A stretch of 64,000 nucleotides of DNA from Microthyrium microscopicum (lineage: Eukaryota): positions 97,751 to 161,750 of the forward strand of contig MU004242.1 in assembly GCA_010405405.1 (NCBI GenBank), read 5' to 3'. The notes beneath the pieces are model-generated. The model was given only the letters and a program-made list of their open reading frames with translations, searched no databases and was not told the origin of the DNA. Positions 12,263 through 26,800 of the stretch are shown one piece after another; position 1 is the first letter of the stretch, and each line of letters starts with the position of its first letter. The translations under genes were made by a program, and so were the position numbers.

Positions 12263-14297
12263 GTAGATGTACACTTGCACTATCTGTTCCAAGAACTGGA
12301 TTGTGTGAATTGTAAGGGAGAATCTGGAAGAGATCGGCTTGCTTTGGTTGGAAGGTCTTCAGCGTTGAGTTTAGAGATGCGCCAAATGGAGAGAGGTAGC
12401 TTGCAAGGTCAAGAATTGTTCTGGAAATGATCCTTCTTGGGTTGATACATCTATACGACAAAGATCCTTTGTGTAGCTATATCTCACTTAACTGTTCTTC
12501 TTTTTACAACGCGGGCACACCCAAAACATAATGGAGGTGCTTTCTTAGAGTTAATCAGGCTGATAGTAGCCGGCTTCAACTGCCGTAGAAATTGCTGAGG
12601 CTCGAAATAGAGGCCAAATATCATAGTGTAATAGTCCGTTTCAGTATTCAGCCTCATTGGGCCAAAAATCAAGGCAATTAGCAAGGAGAATAATGGCTTG
12701 CAGCTAGCTATTTTAGCGATTGTGATTCCTGTTTGAAGCGGCCCAGCATCATGATCCAGGCCATGAAGTTGCAATTTTCCAGAAATGCAACATGATTCAG
12801 CTGTGTTGAAGTAGGCTAAGAAGATATTAATAGCCTGGCATTGGTTGAGGGACCAATATTGACAATTCCAGTCATTGATGCATTCGCTAAGCCGCGCGGC
12901 CCAGTTTCTTGGAATATCTTCATGCCAGATGTCAGTTCGTAGTTCGGCAAATCGTCGATATCTTTCTCTCAAAGTGGATATAGCGACAGATTTTGTAGGT
13001 TATCGGATGGGCTCATGTACAGATGGCACTTGACGATGACGCGTGATGGCTCGCATGGCACTAATCTGACGGATCACGACCGAGGCATCCAAGTTGCATA
13101 CAAGTGGCATCCACCAAGTGTTCAAGTGTCTACAAGTGTCTACAAACCCTTGACAAGTATTGTACGGTATGATACCCAAACGACTCTTAAAAGTGAAGCT
13201 GGGCGACCATGCGATCCCCCTGTCATGAACCAGTTTCCAAACCTTGCGGCCCGGCCGGGATTGCCAGCCCAAAGGGGGGAGAACTGGTGGATCAAGAGGG
13301 TGACACACTGCCAATCAGATGGCGATACTGCAATAGCTCGGATTTGGCCGCACAACCTTGATCTTATTCTTCTTTTAGCCTCTGTCACTCTTGAACGGAA
13401 AAGTATTGCTGATATTTCAGAAATTGAGATCATGTCGGGCATAGCGAGCGCATTTGTTACGATACCCCTATTCGGGACAAGAATAGATCCCCAACCCACT
13501 GCGACTATCAACATCATTGTACTGCACGCTACAACTGACAAGCAGCCAGTACCGACAGTCAATGTACATTCGGGTGACCCCGCTGCAAATGCAATGCACA
13601 TTGCTGGCCTTGCAGCTTTTTGATGAAACGAGACTGGAGGATTGTGGCTTGCGGCGGCCTGGTCATGCGATGCTGCGAATGGGATATCCTCCACACCATC
13701 TTTGGCTTACTGGCTGCCACTGGTGATAGCCCATGATAGTCCAAGGTTCCCAATTCTTCAAAGCTAGGCCTTTTGACTCTCTCATTCGACAGTTTCAAAC
13801 CCCGCTCATGCATTTCCTGGGAACTTCTCCCTGGCCTCTCTCTCAAACTCCTCCATCCGGCCCATCCACGCCATCCCACCCCGGCTACACTGGCTTCATT
13901 GCCGGTTGGATTCTTGGAAACTCATCTCACTCTTGGGGACATTGGTGACCTTGTTCTCACCCTTTCCACCACCATGTTGAGCCTGTTCGTCACTCGTCTT
14001 CAAGCCTATCGCCCTGCGCCCTCCCCCTCTACACTAGGCTTGTCTGTGAGTGGCTCTTGATGCACTGCCGTCTCATCATCATCTCAGCAACCTGAAATCA
14101 AGAAAATATCACGAGCTATGCCTCTCCACCGCCCGACTATCGGAGTGGCCTCACCTGGTTCCTGCATTAAATCCCGGTGATGCCCTTGCGATTATCTCTC
14201 TGTCTACAACCTCTCAGAGTGTGACACGTCAGTTACCATATCCTTTTTGCGCAATCTCCCGTACGTTTGACAGCTCCCCCCTCATAAACACCCAACC

Positions 14298-15020
14298 ATG
14301 TGTCTGTACCTCTTTCCACCACGACCAAAGAAGCATCGGCCTTCAGCATCCTACTTTGAAGATCCACGGCCTAGCAAACGCAGACGAACCTATCAACGCA
14401 TTCCATCTTCGTCATCGTCAGAGGCGTCTTCACCGGTGCGGTACGAGCCGCTGCGTGGACATGGTCTTAGACCGGAAAGTCGACTTGTTACTGCTGTGCC
14501 TGTGAGTGGAGTGCTGCGAGGCCGTGGAACGAAAAGAGATCCGCCAATCACCTCTTTACACGGAAATGGAATTAAACGAACTTCATCTCGTCGATCATCA
14601 GAGTATGTTTTTTGGGAAATCTCCTACATGCCATACTAATCTCTTCGCAGACGACCTGTTATAAGAGAGCCTGTAATGATGTCTACCAAGAGGCGTTCAT
14701 CAAGTACGAGAGAATCAAGGCCAAGTGAAATGAGAACAAGACCACAATATGTTCCAGCAGTACCGCAAGCATTTCCCGACTACTATCAACAACTTTCTCA
14801 ATCAGCAAGAGGACATCCTTTGCGCCATGCGCAACCGTCAATAGCGCAAACGTATAGAACTCGTCCGGACGATTACTTTAGTTATCTGGACATATCAACA
14901 GTTCGAGCAGCTACCAATCAAGCATTACAGGCCACGATATACGAAACCACTCGGCCAGCGCGAACTTCAGTCAGGCGCGACTTGAGGAGAAGACCTGCTC
15001 GTAATTGTCTTCAGTGTTGA
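14298..15020 (+). CDS. Basic, Ser/Arg/Pro-rich hypothetical protein (~224 aa)
   Basis: ORFs 14298.. and 14676.. are joined in frame by a GTATGT...TACTAAT...GCAG intron at 14603-14650. Confidence 0.55.
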
Positions 15021-15241
15021 TACTTTAATTTTCGTTGCATCATGGGTCGGCGCATGATGGGTTATACAGGACACGGGGTTTCACCGTACATATGCTTGCA
15101 TTCATATTCTTGCATTTCTAACCTTTAGACTCTAAATCTAATGAACCCTGGCGGTTCACTTCATCACTTCATACACAAATTATCAGAAAACCAACAGATT
15201 CGTTCAATCAGTGTCATGATACAGCATTCTTTTCTAACAGA

Positions 15242-17010
15242 TTACATACCAAGCACCGTCTGCAACTCCTCCCCAAGAAACAAATCATCCCTCCCAGGAA
15301 CATAAGGATAAATATACGGCCTCACACCCACAACCCCCGTCTCCACCAAAACCTTCCCATCACCATCCAAACTCCTCGCATAAAAGCCACTCCAATCCGA
15401 CCCACTAAATACATAAAACGACGTCTCAAATCCCTCTCTTTCAACTTTCCCCAGCCAAACATGTCTCTTCTTCGATTCCCCATCCTCCCCACTACTTCTG
15501 TCCATGCCAGTGCCATTGAACCGTACGCCAAAGAACTCCCAAACCCGCGTCTCCGTATCCCCATTCCAACTAACATACAACACAGTACTCTCTCCATGCC
15601 CCAACGCCACAAACGCTGGATCCTCATGCGGTGTTCCTGTCCAATTGAATTTGAATGCGCGGTAGTTTTGTACGGCGCCGTTGGTGTAGAGGTCGCCACT
15701 ATCTAGATAGGCGTGGAAGACGACTGAGCCGTTCGACGAATACTCAGTGACGGCGCCTGCTGAGCCCCAATTTATGAAGGCGTTCCCGTTGAGAAGGATT
15801 TGTGTGGAGCCTTGGTTTGCGGCGAAGATGGGAGATTGTGGGCTGTCGGGCGGAGAGAAGCCTTGGAGGAGAGTGGCTGTCCAGCTATCTGTGTTGAGGG
15901 ATATGATTTTACCGCTAGATTTGTTTGCATAGGTTCCGTGTTTTTCGCTAGCTGGGCCAGAGTTGTCGAAGATGCTGATGATTTCGTCTCCATCGTCGGA
16001 ACGGCTTATGAAGCGCGCGTGATGTTGGAGGCCAAACTCTACGCCCTCTTTGAGGGTGAAGTTTGAATGTTTACCTCCGAGGCGCCAGATGACGTCGCCA
16101 GTGGTTCCGTTGATTTTGTAGATTGTTGATGTATGGCGTGCGGAGATCAAGTAGTTGTGCTCGGAGTCACGGTCTACAGAGTTGATGTGGAAGTAATCCA
16201 GGGCGTCTGTACTGTTGTGTCCTGTTCCGAACTTGCCTGAAGATATCGACTCTACGGACTCTGCACCCCCATCAATACGTCTTCAATCGATTCATAGAAC
16301 TTAGCATCATACCGTCAACGCCAACATGATCTAAGCTCCGCCACTCGAACACCAATTTTCCCGAGTTTATATCAACCTGTACTTACAATCAGCTCATAAC
16401 CTTCACCAGACTTGTTAGACAACATATCTTGAAAAACTCCCTCCACAACCCACTGACTAGCCGGTCCAGCTCCATACGCTCTCAAATCATACGGACGCGG
16501 CTCATAACTCTCCACCAACGCCGTCTTCCCATCCAGAACATGGAATTCATGAATATCCAATAATCTATGCCCCGCCGCCCGCACTTCTTTGATCGCTCGA
16601 TAACTTTTATCCCAGATCTTAACATAGCCATGTCCATGAACATGCCTTACGTTCCGGCGAGATTCGATTGCGAATAACACGTCCTGGCCGTTGATGTTGG
16701 CAGCTTGGAAGTTAGTCACAAAACCGACAGCATAGCTGAAGCCGGACCAGACGAGTTCGCCGGAAGTTGTGAATATGTATGGACCTGGTTGAAGCGGGCC
16801 ATGGTTGAGTGGATTGGTTTTGACAGTTGAATAGGGCGCCACGAATATGTAGCCTGGAGATAAATGTTGAGGGTGTGAGATGGTTATGTTTAGTGTTGGT
16901 GGGGATAGGTCTGGTCGTGATTTGTATTGCCAGTTGGCTTGGACTCCATGGGATATTATATTGAGATAGGCTATGAGGTAAAGAAAGCGGCTGGTTGGGG
17001 GAAGGAGCAT
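15242..17010 (-). CDS. Secreted arylsulfotransferase (ASST, Arylsulfotrans_2-like)
   Basis: Signal peptide, YKSRPDLSPP, DIHEF, FEWRSLDHV, DYFHINSV, LISARHTSTIYKI, QHHARF, QGSTQIL, YVSWNGDT. Introns 16379-16427 (AT-AC) and 16261-16312 (GT-AG). Confidence 0.9.
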
Positions 17011-17566
17011 CTTTGAGGCCGCGGCGTCACTGGTAATTATCTCAGCTAATGCGCGATTTGTATGCTCTAAAATACTTTCGAGGTATACATCTAGATCCGA
17101 AATACTGAAAGATATTAATAATTAGATGTTCGGCTTCCAGTTGTAGTTGTTGTTGATGTGATGGGGAATACACGATCGCGCAATCATGTACATGAAGTAC
17201 GAAACCCGAGGCTAGCTTCCGCAGTGTATGAAACTCTTTATGTTTACGAGAAAATACTTCTTCTCAATGTTCTCTATACTGTATTGAAGAAGCATAATTC
17301 AATTCTTTTGTGAACTTACCATTTGTAAATGAGAAACATAACAAAGGATAAGGAAGTGCATTATGGCCTACCCGACCACATCACAATCCCCGTTTTCCAA
17401 ATCAATCGATTCAACTAGCGCTTCAAAGCTCAACTAGACTTCTAATGGCAGCAGTCATAAAAGCCTTTTATCACTTAGCACGATATTTCATGGCGAATGG
17501 CAAACTCCACTTACAGCTGGGAGTGAAATATAAAAGTTGATTACCCGATTAGAAATGCCTAGACTT

Positions 17567-19455
<1,889 letters not shown>

Positions 19456-20469
19456 CTAACAGCTTACAATATAAACATTATCTCAATCAGAAATATCTTG
19501 ATCAATTATCTGAACCAGTTCGCCTCGATATAATGAGACGTGGTCACCAAATGCGTGACTCGAAAGCTAAATTGCGTGCTATCATACATCTCACAAGGCC
19601 GTTTGCGTAAACGGCTCACTGACTTTCAAAAGAACCTGCCTCCTCTATACTTATAGAGAAGTTGGCGTTAGGCTTTTTTCTCCGTGATCTAGTAGTTTCT
19701 GCATTTTATTGGTAAAAACGCAGGCTATACAGTAGATCCACCTGTAATCCAATGGACGCTAGCATTGTCCATGTAGCAGGTCACTGGATAATATATTAAT
19801 CAAATGCAAGAACAAAAACTACATCCATTCTCCACATTATAACACCTGAATTACTTTCGACGCTTGATCTGGATGTCTCTCGATATGCCACGGGATCAGC
19901 GACTCAGCGATCGTATTTCAAATGACTTTGACCACCAATACTCAGCAAACACACGTCCTCAGCGTTCCCTCGTATCTCCACAATCTGCAACCTACAAGAT
20001 TAAGTATATTAATCCACGCGGAACTTGTGGGGTCCCCGGCTACCCCAGATCTAGCTTGATCTAGGTAAGGAAACAGTCGCGAATCTCATACAAGCTTCTT
20101 ACGACGGTCGGTGGTCAAACCCTACACTTCCGATAGAACCTTCCAAAATCAAACACACTAGCAGCCAATATATATTAAAAAGTGACCAAATGACCAATGG
20201 GAATTCAGGTACCGGAGTTTAGAGGTCGCATGGCACGTTAGGCTTGATAAGTCTTGTCATGCGAGCTATAGGATATTAAACTGGTCGATATAAGAGCTGC
20301 ATGGTGCACCTGAAAGCAACGACTCTTTTGTGCCAACATTGATATAATCGCTATTTGCCATTGTAACTTCAATCGGTAAGTTCAGCATATACTCGATTTG
20401 CAGTTCAGCATACTAATTGATCTCTCTAGTTTCACATTCTTTAGAACACGAACATCATCAATCGCAATC

Positions 20470-20769
20470 ATGAAGCTCACTCTCTTCACCCTCATTGTCA
20501 GCGCTACTCTTGCTCTAGCTGCTCCAACTCCAGCTCCCCCAGCAGACGCCGCGCCCCAGTCATGCACATTCAGCGCAAACGAGAAGTCCAACTTGGGTCA
20601 CATGCACGATGTCAACACCGGAAAGATAAAGATTGGCGGAAAGATCAGCGGCAAGGCGCCTCAGATTTTCGGAAGCGGATGCTCCCCAGCCTGGGCGAAC
20701 GGTGGAAAGATTGATGATAACTCACCACAAAAGACACGCCCAGAGTGCACACACGGAAAAGAGTGCTAG
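20470..20769 (+). CDS. Small secreted cysteine-containing protein (99 aa), effector/antimicrobial-like candidate
   Basis: MKLTLFTLIVSATLALAAP signal peptide, Pro/Ala-rich propeptide-like stretch, 4 Cys, Lys/Gly-rich mature part. Confidence 0.75.
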   Translation: MKLTLFTLIVSATLALAAPTPAPPADAAPQSCTFSANEKSNLGHMHDVNTGKIKIGGKISGKAPQIFGSGCSPAWANGGKIDDNSPQKTRPECTHGKEC

Positions 20770-20870
20770 TTTACATGATAGCCGAGAAAATCGATTGAAT
20801 AATAATCCTACATCCTCTTACTGTTACAATACATGCTCAACATATCCACTTCTTTTGTAAGCCTCAGTGC

Positions 20871-23800
20871 TCACTCCTCGAGGAATTCGTGCTGCTCCAA
20901 CAACTCTCCATCTAGCACCTTGCCCATATGTGTTTTTTTAATGTTGTCGCCGTTGCGACGGATCTTTGTCATCAGGACGGAGAGAAATTTGACTGGACTG
21001 TTTTTGAAGGTACTAGATCCGTTCGGGATGAATCCATCAAGTTGTGTGGCGATATCTCTACCCAGTGCTCGCCACGATAATCCTAGAGTTTCGCAAACTT
21101 CGGTGTAATCCACAAAGGAGTTGAAGTACAACTGACCGGCAAAGAGGTTCAATTGAATAATGAGCTCGGGGGCCACTGGCTGATCGATCGACTTGCCAAT
21201 CGTAAAAAGATCCAGGCGGTCCAATGCAACATAATCCACGTTTGGTCGAGGTTGGTAAGTATGTAATGTTACACGGTTGTGCTTCTTGATATCTGGATAA
21301 AGCTGATCGGCTTCGAAAGGGCTGATGATCAACAGCTGGGTATAATTTTCAGCCTCATTGTAGCTGGAGAGAATCCACTGCACAGATCGAACATAGTTGT
21401 CGATGGCGCCGTCGGCAGAGATTTTGACCGTCCGAACAAAGTCAGCAGTGACAAGTATGTCTGCAGGAAATTGCCAGACATCGAAGCTTTTCGCAGCTGA
21501 TGATTTCTCCAAAGATCCAAAGGCGGAGATGAATGCAGGGGACCGCTTTCTCACCTTCCCAGACATGACGAAGGACTGAACATCGGGGTGGATGGAATGA
21601 GGTTCAGCCGGTAAAGGCTTCGGATTTTCAACTTGGCGCTCCTGTTCAATTTCAGGTGCCAATTCCCTCTCCTGTTCCTCTTCTAATGCAGCGGATGAAA
21701 AGTTGAGAACATCAAAGTCGTCGCAACGCTTGGCTATTGCTTTCATTGTCTTGTTGTTGAGATTCCAAGTTGCTGTTGACGATTGCTGACCAGGACGGTA
21801 TCTACGCTCCACAGATTGGGCTTCGTTCTGGAGGAATTGGCTCGCGATTTCTGTGGTCATGCTGAAGCCATTCTTTCTTGCTGACTTCTTCCATAGTTTG
21901 CTCTGAGAGTCAAAGACCTGGCCTTGACTTGCCCATAGAGGCATCTTGCGCCGAAGGTCTTTGAAAGTTTCTGAAATGCTCCACTGAAGAACATCAGCAA
22001 CGGTCAATTGAGCATCTGTGTCGTGGCTGAGAAGTTCGAAAATTTTCAACTTGATTTCATCTGGTATACAGAACACAAGAGATTGGCCTTTGCCGAGTTT
22101 TCTCATTCTCATACAGGCTGGACAGATTAGTAAACTGCAATGATGGCGAACACCAAGTCACTTACCTTGCACAAGAGTGTCCTTTGTCAAATCTGCACCA
22201 AGGGTCACTGCAGCGCGGTAGTCAGCAGGAAGCTTGAGATCGGTTCCCCTAGTATGAGCTTCATCAAGAAATACTAGACAAGTATCTAGCTGGTTCATAT
22301 AAGAGGACGTCTGAAGCAGCTCGAGTTTGCCATCACGATCAATGACTGATAGCTCATCATTATCATCAAAGAATATAGCAGCATGGGGTCGATTTGCGTC
22401 GTAAAGAGTCAACCATTTCTCTGCTACCTGCTGATTGTTGAGTTCGAGGATCTGCGCTCCAACGTCCAGAATAACGCGAACAGCGGGTGTCATGCTCGTG
22501 ACCATGTTCAGAAGTGACTCTGCATCCGAAGAACCGGCTTTTCGCGAGGGCATTACCGCAAGAGTATTTTCTGTTTGCAAAATATATTTTAGCACTAAAG
22601 CGTTGGTATGTCTCTGGCTCTCCAAGTCGATATGATGCACATCGAGCGGCAAAAGATGACGGGAGTCTATAGTCCCGCTGAATCCAGTCGTGATATTTGG
22701 TTTCGTGCGACCTAGATCCCAGCCAGACGCGGAAATCTTGGATGGAAACTCTCTCATGGCTTTCGGAAATACCACGCTAGACAGGAAAAAGTCGATGGCG
22801 CCTTTGGAGTATCGTAGAGCAGGAAAGACATCTTTCTTGCACTGGAGGGAATCTTTAAGATTGATACCTGAGAGTCTACTGAAGTTCTCAGCAAGGTCAG
22901 GTGCACATTGAGGATCCGTCCATTGTCTATATTCTGACGCTGCCTGATCCGACTTTTGTAGCTGGTCGAAGGACGCAAACAAATCGTCATCATGCAGTCC
23001 ACCATAGTAGAAGCAAAGACAGGTAAGTATGATAATGACATCAGTGTGGCTGAACTCCGAACGCGATCTTGGGTTATCTTTAGCTCTGAACGGAACTGCA
23101 AGTTTGCTCTGAGCTCGCTGAGGATCAAGACCATAGTTGACTCGCCATCGTTTATTGCTGAACACATGCGAGAGCACCCCTCCAGCAATAAGACCTCTAG
23201 TTAGGAGTAAGGGACCGCGAGTTGACTTGGTCCATATTTTCCCATCACTATCGTCTTCAACGAGTGTGACATCTTCCTGTGATAGATCCAGTTCTGTAAT
23301 ATAGCGAAGCACTAATTGTTTCGAAGAGTTTGACAAATGCGCGACTGGTAGCCCAGGAAGCCCGAAAGCACAAATATGGGTGGCGACTTTCTTGAAGAGC
23401 GCTGCCTGGCCTTCGGGTCGAAGGAATCGAATTCGCGGAAATCTCCCAGGCCATCGCGAGTCTACTTCAATTACGTGATGGCCCAGCTCCGCTTTGACTT
23501 CTATGGCGAATCGAGCTACCAGAGCTAGAACTCGCTGAATAATGATCCATCGATCCGGGCTAAGTTCGATCGGTTGCTGTAGTCCCATCGTATACACCAA
23601 TTCGAATTTGACGCTGAAGTTCTCGTCGCTTTCATCAATGACATCCCGAGATCTTGAATCGAACAAATGTTGAGTTTTGAGGAGTCTAGCTGCCAGATCA
23701 AGATTGCCGTTGATACTGTGCTCCACAGCCATGAGCTTGAAAGAAAGAATATGCTCCGGCTGAAGGAGCAGGATGCCGCCAGTCTTGATGCATTCAACAT

Positions 23801-26800
23801 ACATGTCGTATATTGCGTCCGCTTCGGTGCTTCCAAGTCGTAAAGATCGAGAAAATGGCATATGATAAACGCGGCGGTCAATCAAACCGCCGACCTTGGA
23901 GATGAGCATTTGAAACATCTGCTTAGACTGTGGTCGAGCAGTGATGATTCGAACAAGCTTTTTCCCATTTGCTAGCACTGCACAAACCGCAGGTACAATG
24001 CATGTAGATTTTCCTTCACCCATATTCAGCTGCATCACGGAGTTGAGCTTAGATTCTGGGCAAAGCATCTGCTGCGCAATATCGGTTTGGACGCTACGCA
24101 TCACAATTCGACTTTCGACTTCCAGGAGCAACCATTCAGGAAACTCCATTGGGTTCCAATTATTGTGTCCGACATTTGCAAGCTCATTGACTAGATCTGA
24201 ACCTCGTAGTTTAACAAGTCGTTGGGCTCGCTGGAGGGCGCACAACGCCAAGGCATATTCGACGATGCAGGGTTTCCATTCATCAGGAAGGAGCTGCCAG
24301 CGGCGATGTGACAGTTGCTGAAGAAGGAATTCAGTAGATACCCGAGGCACATGCTGCACTGCATGGCTCGTTTTACAATTTCGAACGATGGCCTCTGTCA
24401 TGGAATTCATAAGCGACTGTACCCGCGAGGTGCAGTCGACAAGATACTGTGCGAGCGACTGAGTGAGGGCTTCTTTTGTGAGAATGAGTTCATGTTGCTG
24501 GGTTTGACGATCAAGGCAAGACAGACTCTCTCGTAGTTCGTTGACGTAGCGAGTCTCGTACGCAGCCACGGCCTTAGCATCCAGCCGATCCAAGAGCACC
24601 TCAAGTTGAGCACTAGATTGCCCAACTCCGTTCTCCCTGCGCAAAAGAGATGATAGATCATCTGGCGATGTTCCATTGCAGTTGGGGGCTGCCACACTAA
24701 ACATATCACCAATGCTAATAAAGCACCGTCGTGCCAGCTCCATAGATTCGCCAGAATCCAGCTCATATTCTGTTATTTCGAAGGGTGACACTGCAGGATG
24801 ACTTGCTAGTTTCGCTTCAATCTCATCGAGGTATTCATGAAATTGGCGATTCTGAAACCACATGGTCCACTTGCGACGAATTTCTTTCATAACTGTGCCG
24901 GTATCTATGTAGTCACTGAATGTTTGTCCAGGGGGAATTCGAGGTTTCTCACAAGGCCATTGCTGCTTTAGAGACTGAGCGAAAGCGCTTGCAACTTCAC
25001 TAGTTTTCTGGTTGTAGGCTTGCAATCTTCGGTTGTTGTACTGCGAGCTGGTCTCGCCGCTTCGACGAGGGGCCGCGAACTCAGAGCTGTCCGAGGGTGA
25101 TCGAAACTTGGCGGACGCAAGCGTGAGAAGGTCGCTGGGACAATCTCCGTGGCCAAGGTGAAAACTGGGAATTTCAGGAATAGTGATTTCTGACCAATCT
25201 CCTATACAGTAGAATGCGGCAAGGCATTGAACTAACGTCATGTCTGCTCGATTCGCAAAGGCAATGGTGGAAAGCCACATCATAAGCTGAAACTGGTTTA
25301 GTGAGCGTCGAGAGGTTGCATCAAGAACAAGGATTTGATGAAGACTACACCAACTGCTGCCAACAACCGATGCGGTTTCACCTAGCAGAGCGTTCTTATA
25401 CAGCATCCATGTCGCGTGTAATGCTGTGTCTGGTCCCTGAATGATGGGGCAGCCGCGAAGCTTCCTCCAAAGCTGGCCATCAAGTTCTCTCATGGTAGTA
25501 TCAATGAGAGCATCATTCTTTTCATATAGACAGCGAGCTATGGTGAGAGATCGGTTTGCTCGTTCGGAATTCTGACCACGGTCACGGGATTGATACAACA
25601 GATCCAGTTCGGTAGTGTGCTCTTCGGCTCCGAAGCCAGATATACGGAATACTGCTGAGCGAATGAGACTACGCCGAACAAGATGTGGTTCGGTGTATTG
25701 AACAGAAGGAACATCGATACATTCGGGGTGAAATATTCTCGAAGTCTTGGCCTGAGCAAAAATCTGCTGAACCGCAGTGTAGAAGTAATCATGCTGGGCG
25801 AGGAAGCCAAGTGCAGGGTCCCAGCGAACTGACTGCATGGCATGCAAGTGTCGTGGGTAGAAAGATCGTTGTGGAGCTAATTTGGCTATTCGAACCAGGA
25901 CATCAATGTTGGCTTGATCAAGGACCTGAAAGGACCGCACCGCGGCGGACTGCAGTATAAACAGTGCTTGTTCCGTGCCAGTACGCTTGGTAAGTTGATC
26001 GCAGAGGCAGTGCGAAGTTAACGCATGCAAAAGGCAAATGTAAAGCATAGTTTGCATGTTTCCATTGTGCGTGAGGCGTCCAAGTTGTTCATCAATGCTG
26101 TAGGCATGAATCTTCATCACTGTGGCCTTGTCAACCTCCACTGAAACATGGTCGCCGTGTGGAGAATGAGAAACGGCGCCCTCAGGAACGATGACCTGCC
26201 GAGCGGTATTGCCAAGCTCGCCTTTCAGCACCAGCTTGGAGTACAGTCCAACAAGAGTACCAATTTTCTGATCGTGGTCAATATGCATTCCCCGGTATTC
26301 CAAAGACTGAAGTTGATCGGTCCCCAGTGCCAAAGAAAAGTTGAGACTGAGTCTAGGGAGGCTGATTATGAGGGATTTCGTCGTCTCGTGGAAGAGTATG
26401 TGCGTGTAAAAGTCATCCTCAAGGGGGGCGAAGATGCTTCCAATACATTTCCCGGATGGACTAGCAAGGTCAACTAGAAAGATGCGGTCTTTTTTCTTAA
26501 GCTTCCAACCACTTCCAGATTTCACCAGTCGCCAATTACCGGGATCAAACATCCAGGGTGTGGTAGAGGGGACGAATTCTACTTCTCCAGATTGATGGTT
26601 GTACCAATGAACATAATCGTTGACAAAAGCACATGGCATAAGTCCATTCAGCAGCCTCGAAGGGATGACGCTGAGCTTCTGGTCGTCCTTTAGAGCAAGA
26701 AGAAGAAGGTCGTGATCTGTTGTACTCGGGATGAGCAGCATTCTAAAATGAACCGCGTATCCTAAATAACCTGACTTGGCAGAATACTCGTATCCTGTTT

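Noticed and set aside
12484..14060. Overlapping 100-200 aa ORFs on both strands (12484..12972, 13015..13623, 13140..13694 and others)
   Set aside because: No recognisable motifs or consistent splice structure; more likely intergenic or 5' regulatory sequence of the gene at 14298.
19863..19880. CTTGATCTGGAT resembling part of a TPP riboswitch
   Set aside because: The following AATNCCAGCG and upstream GCTGAGA elements are missing, and there is no thiamine gene context.
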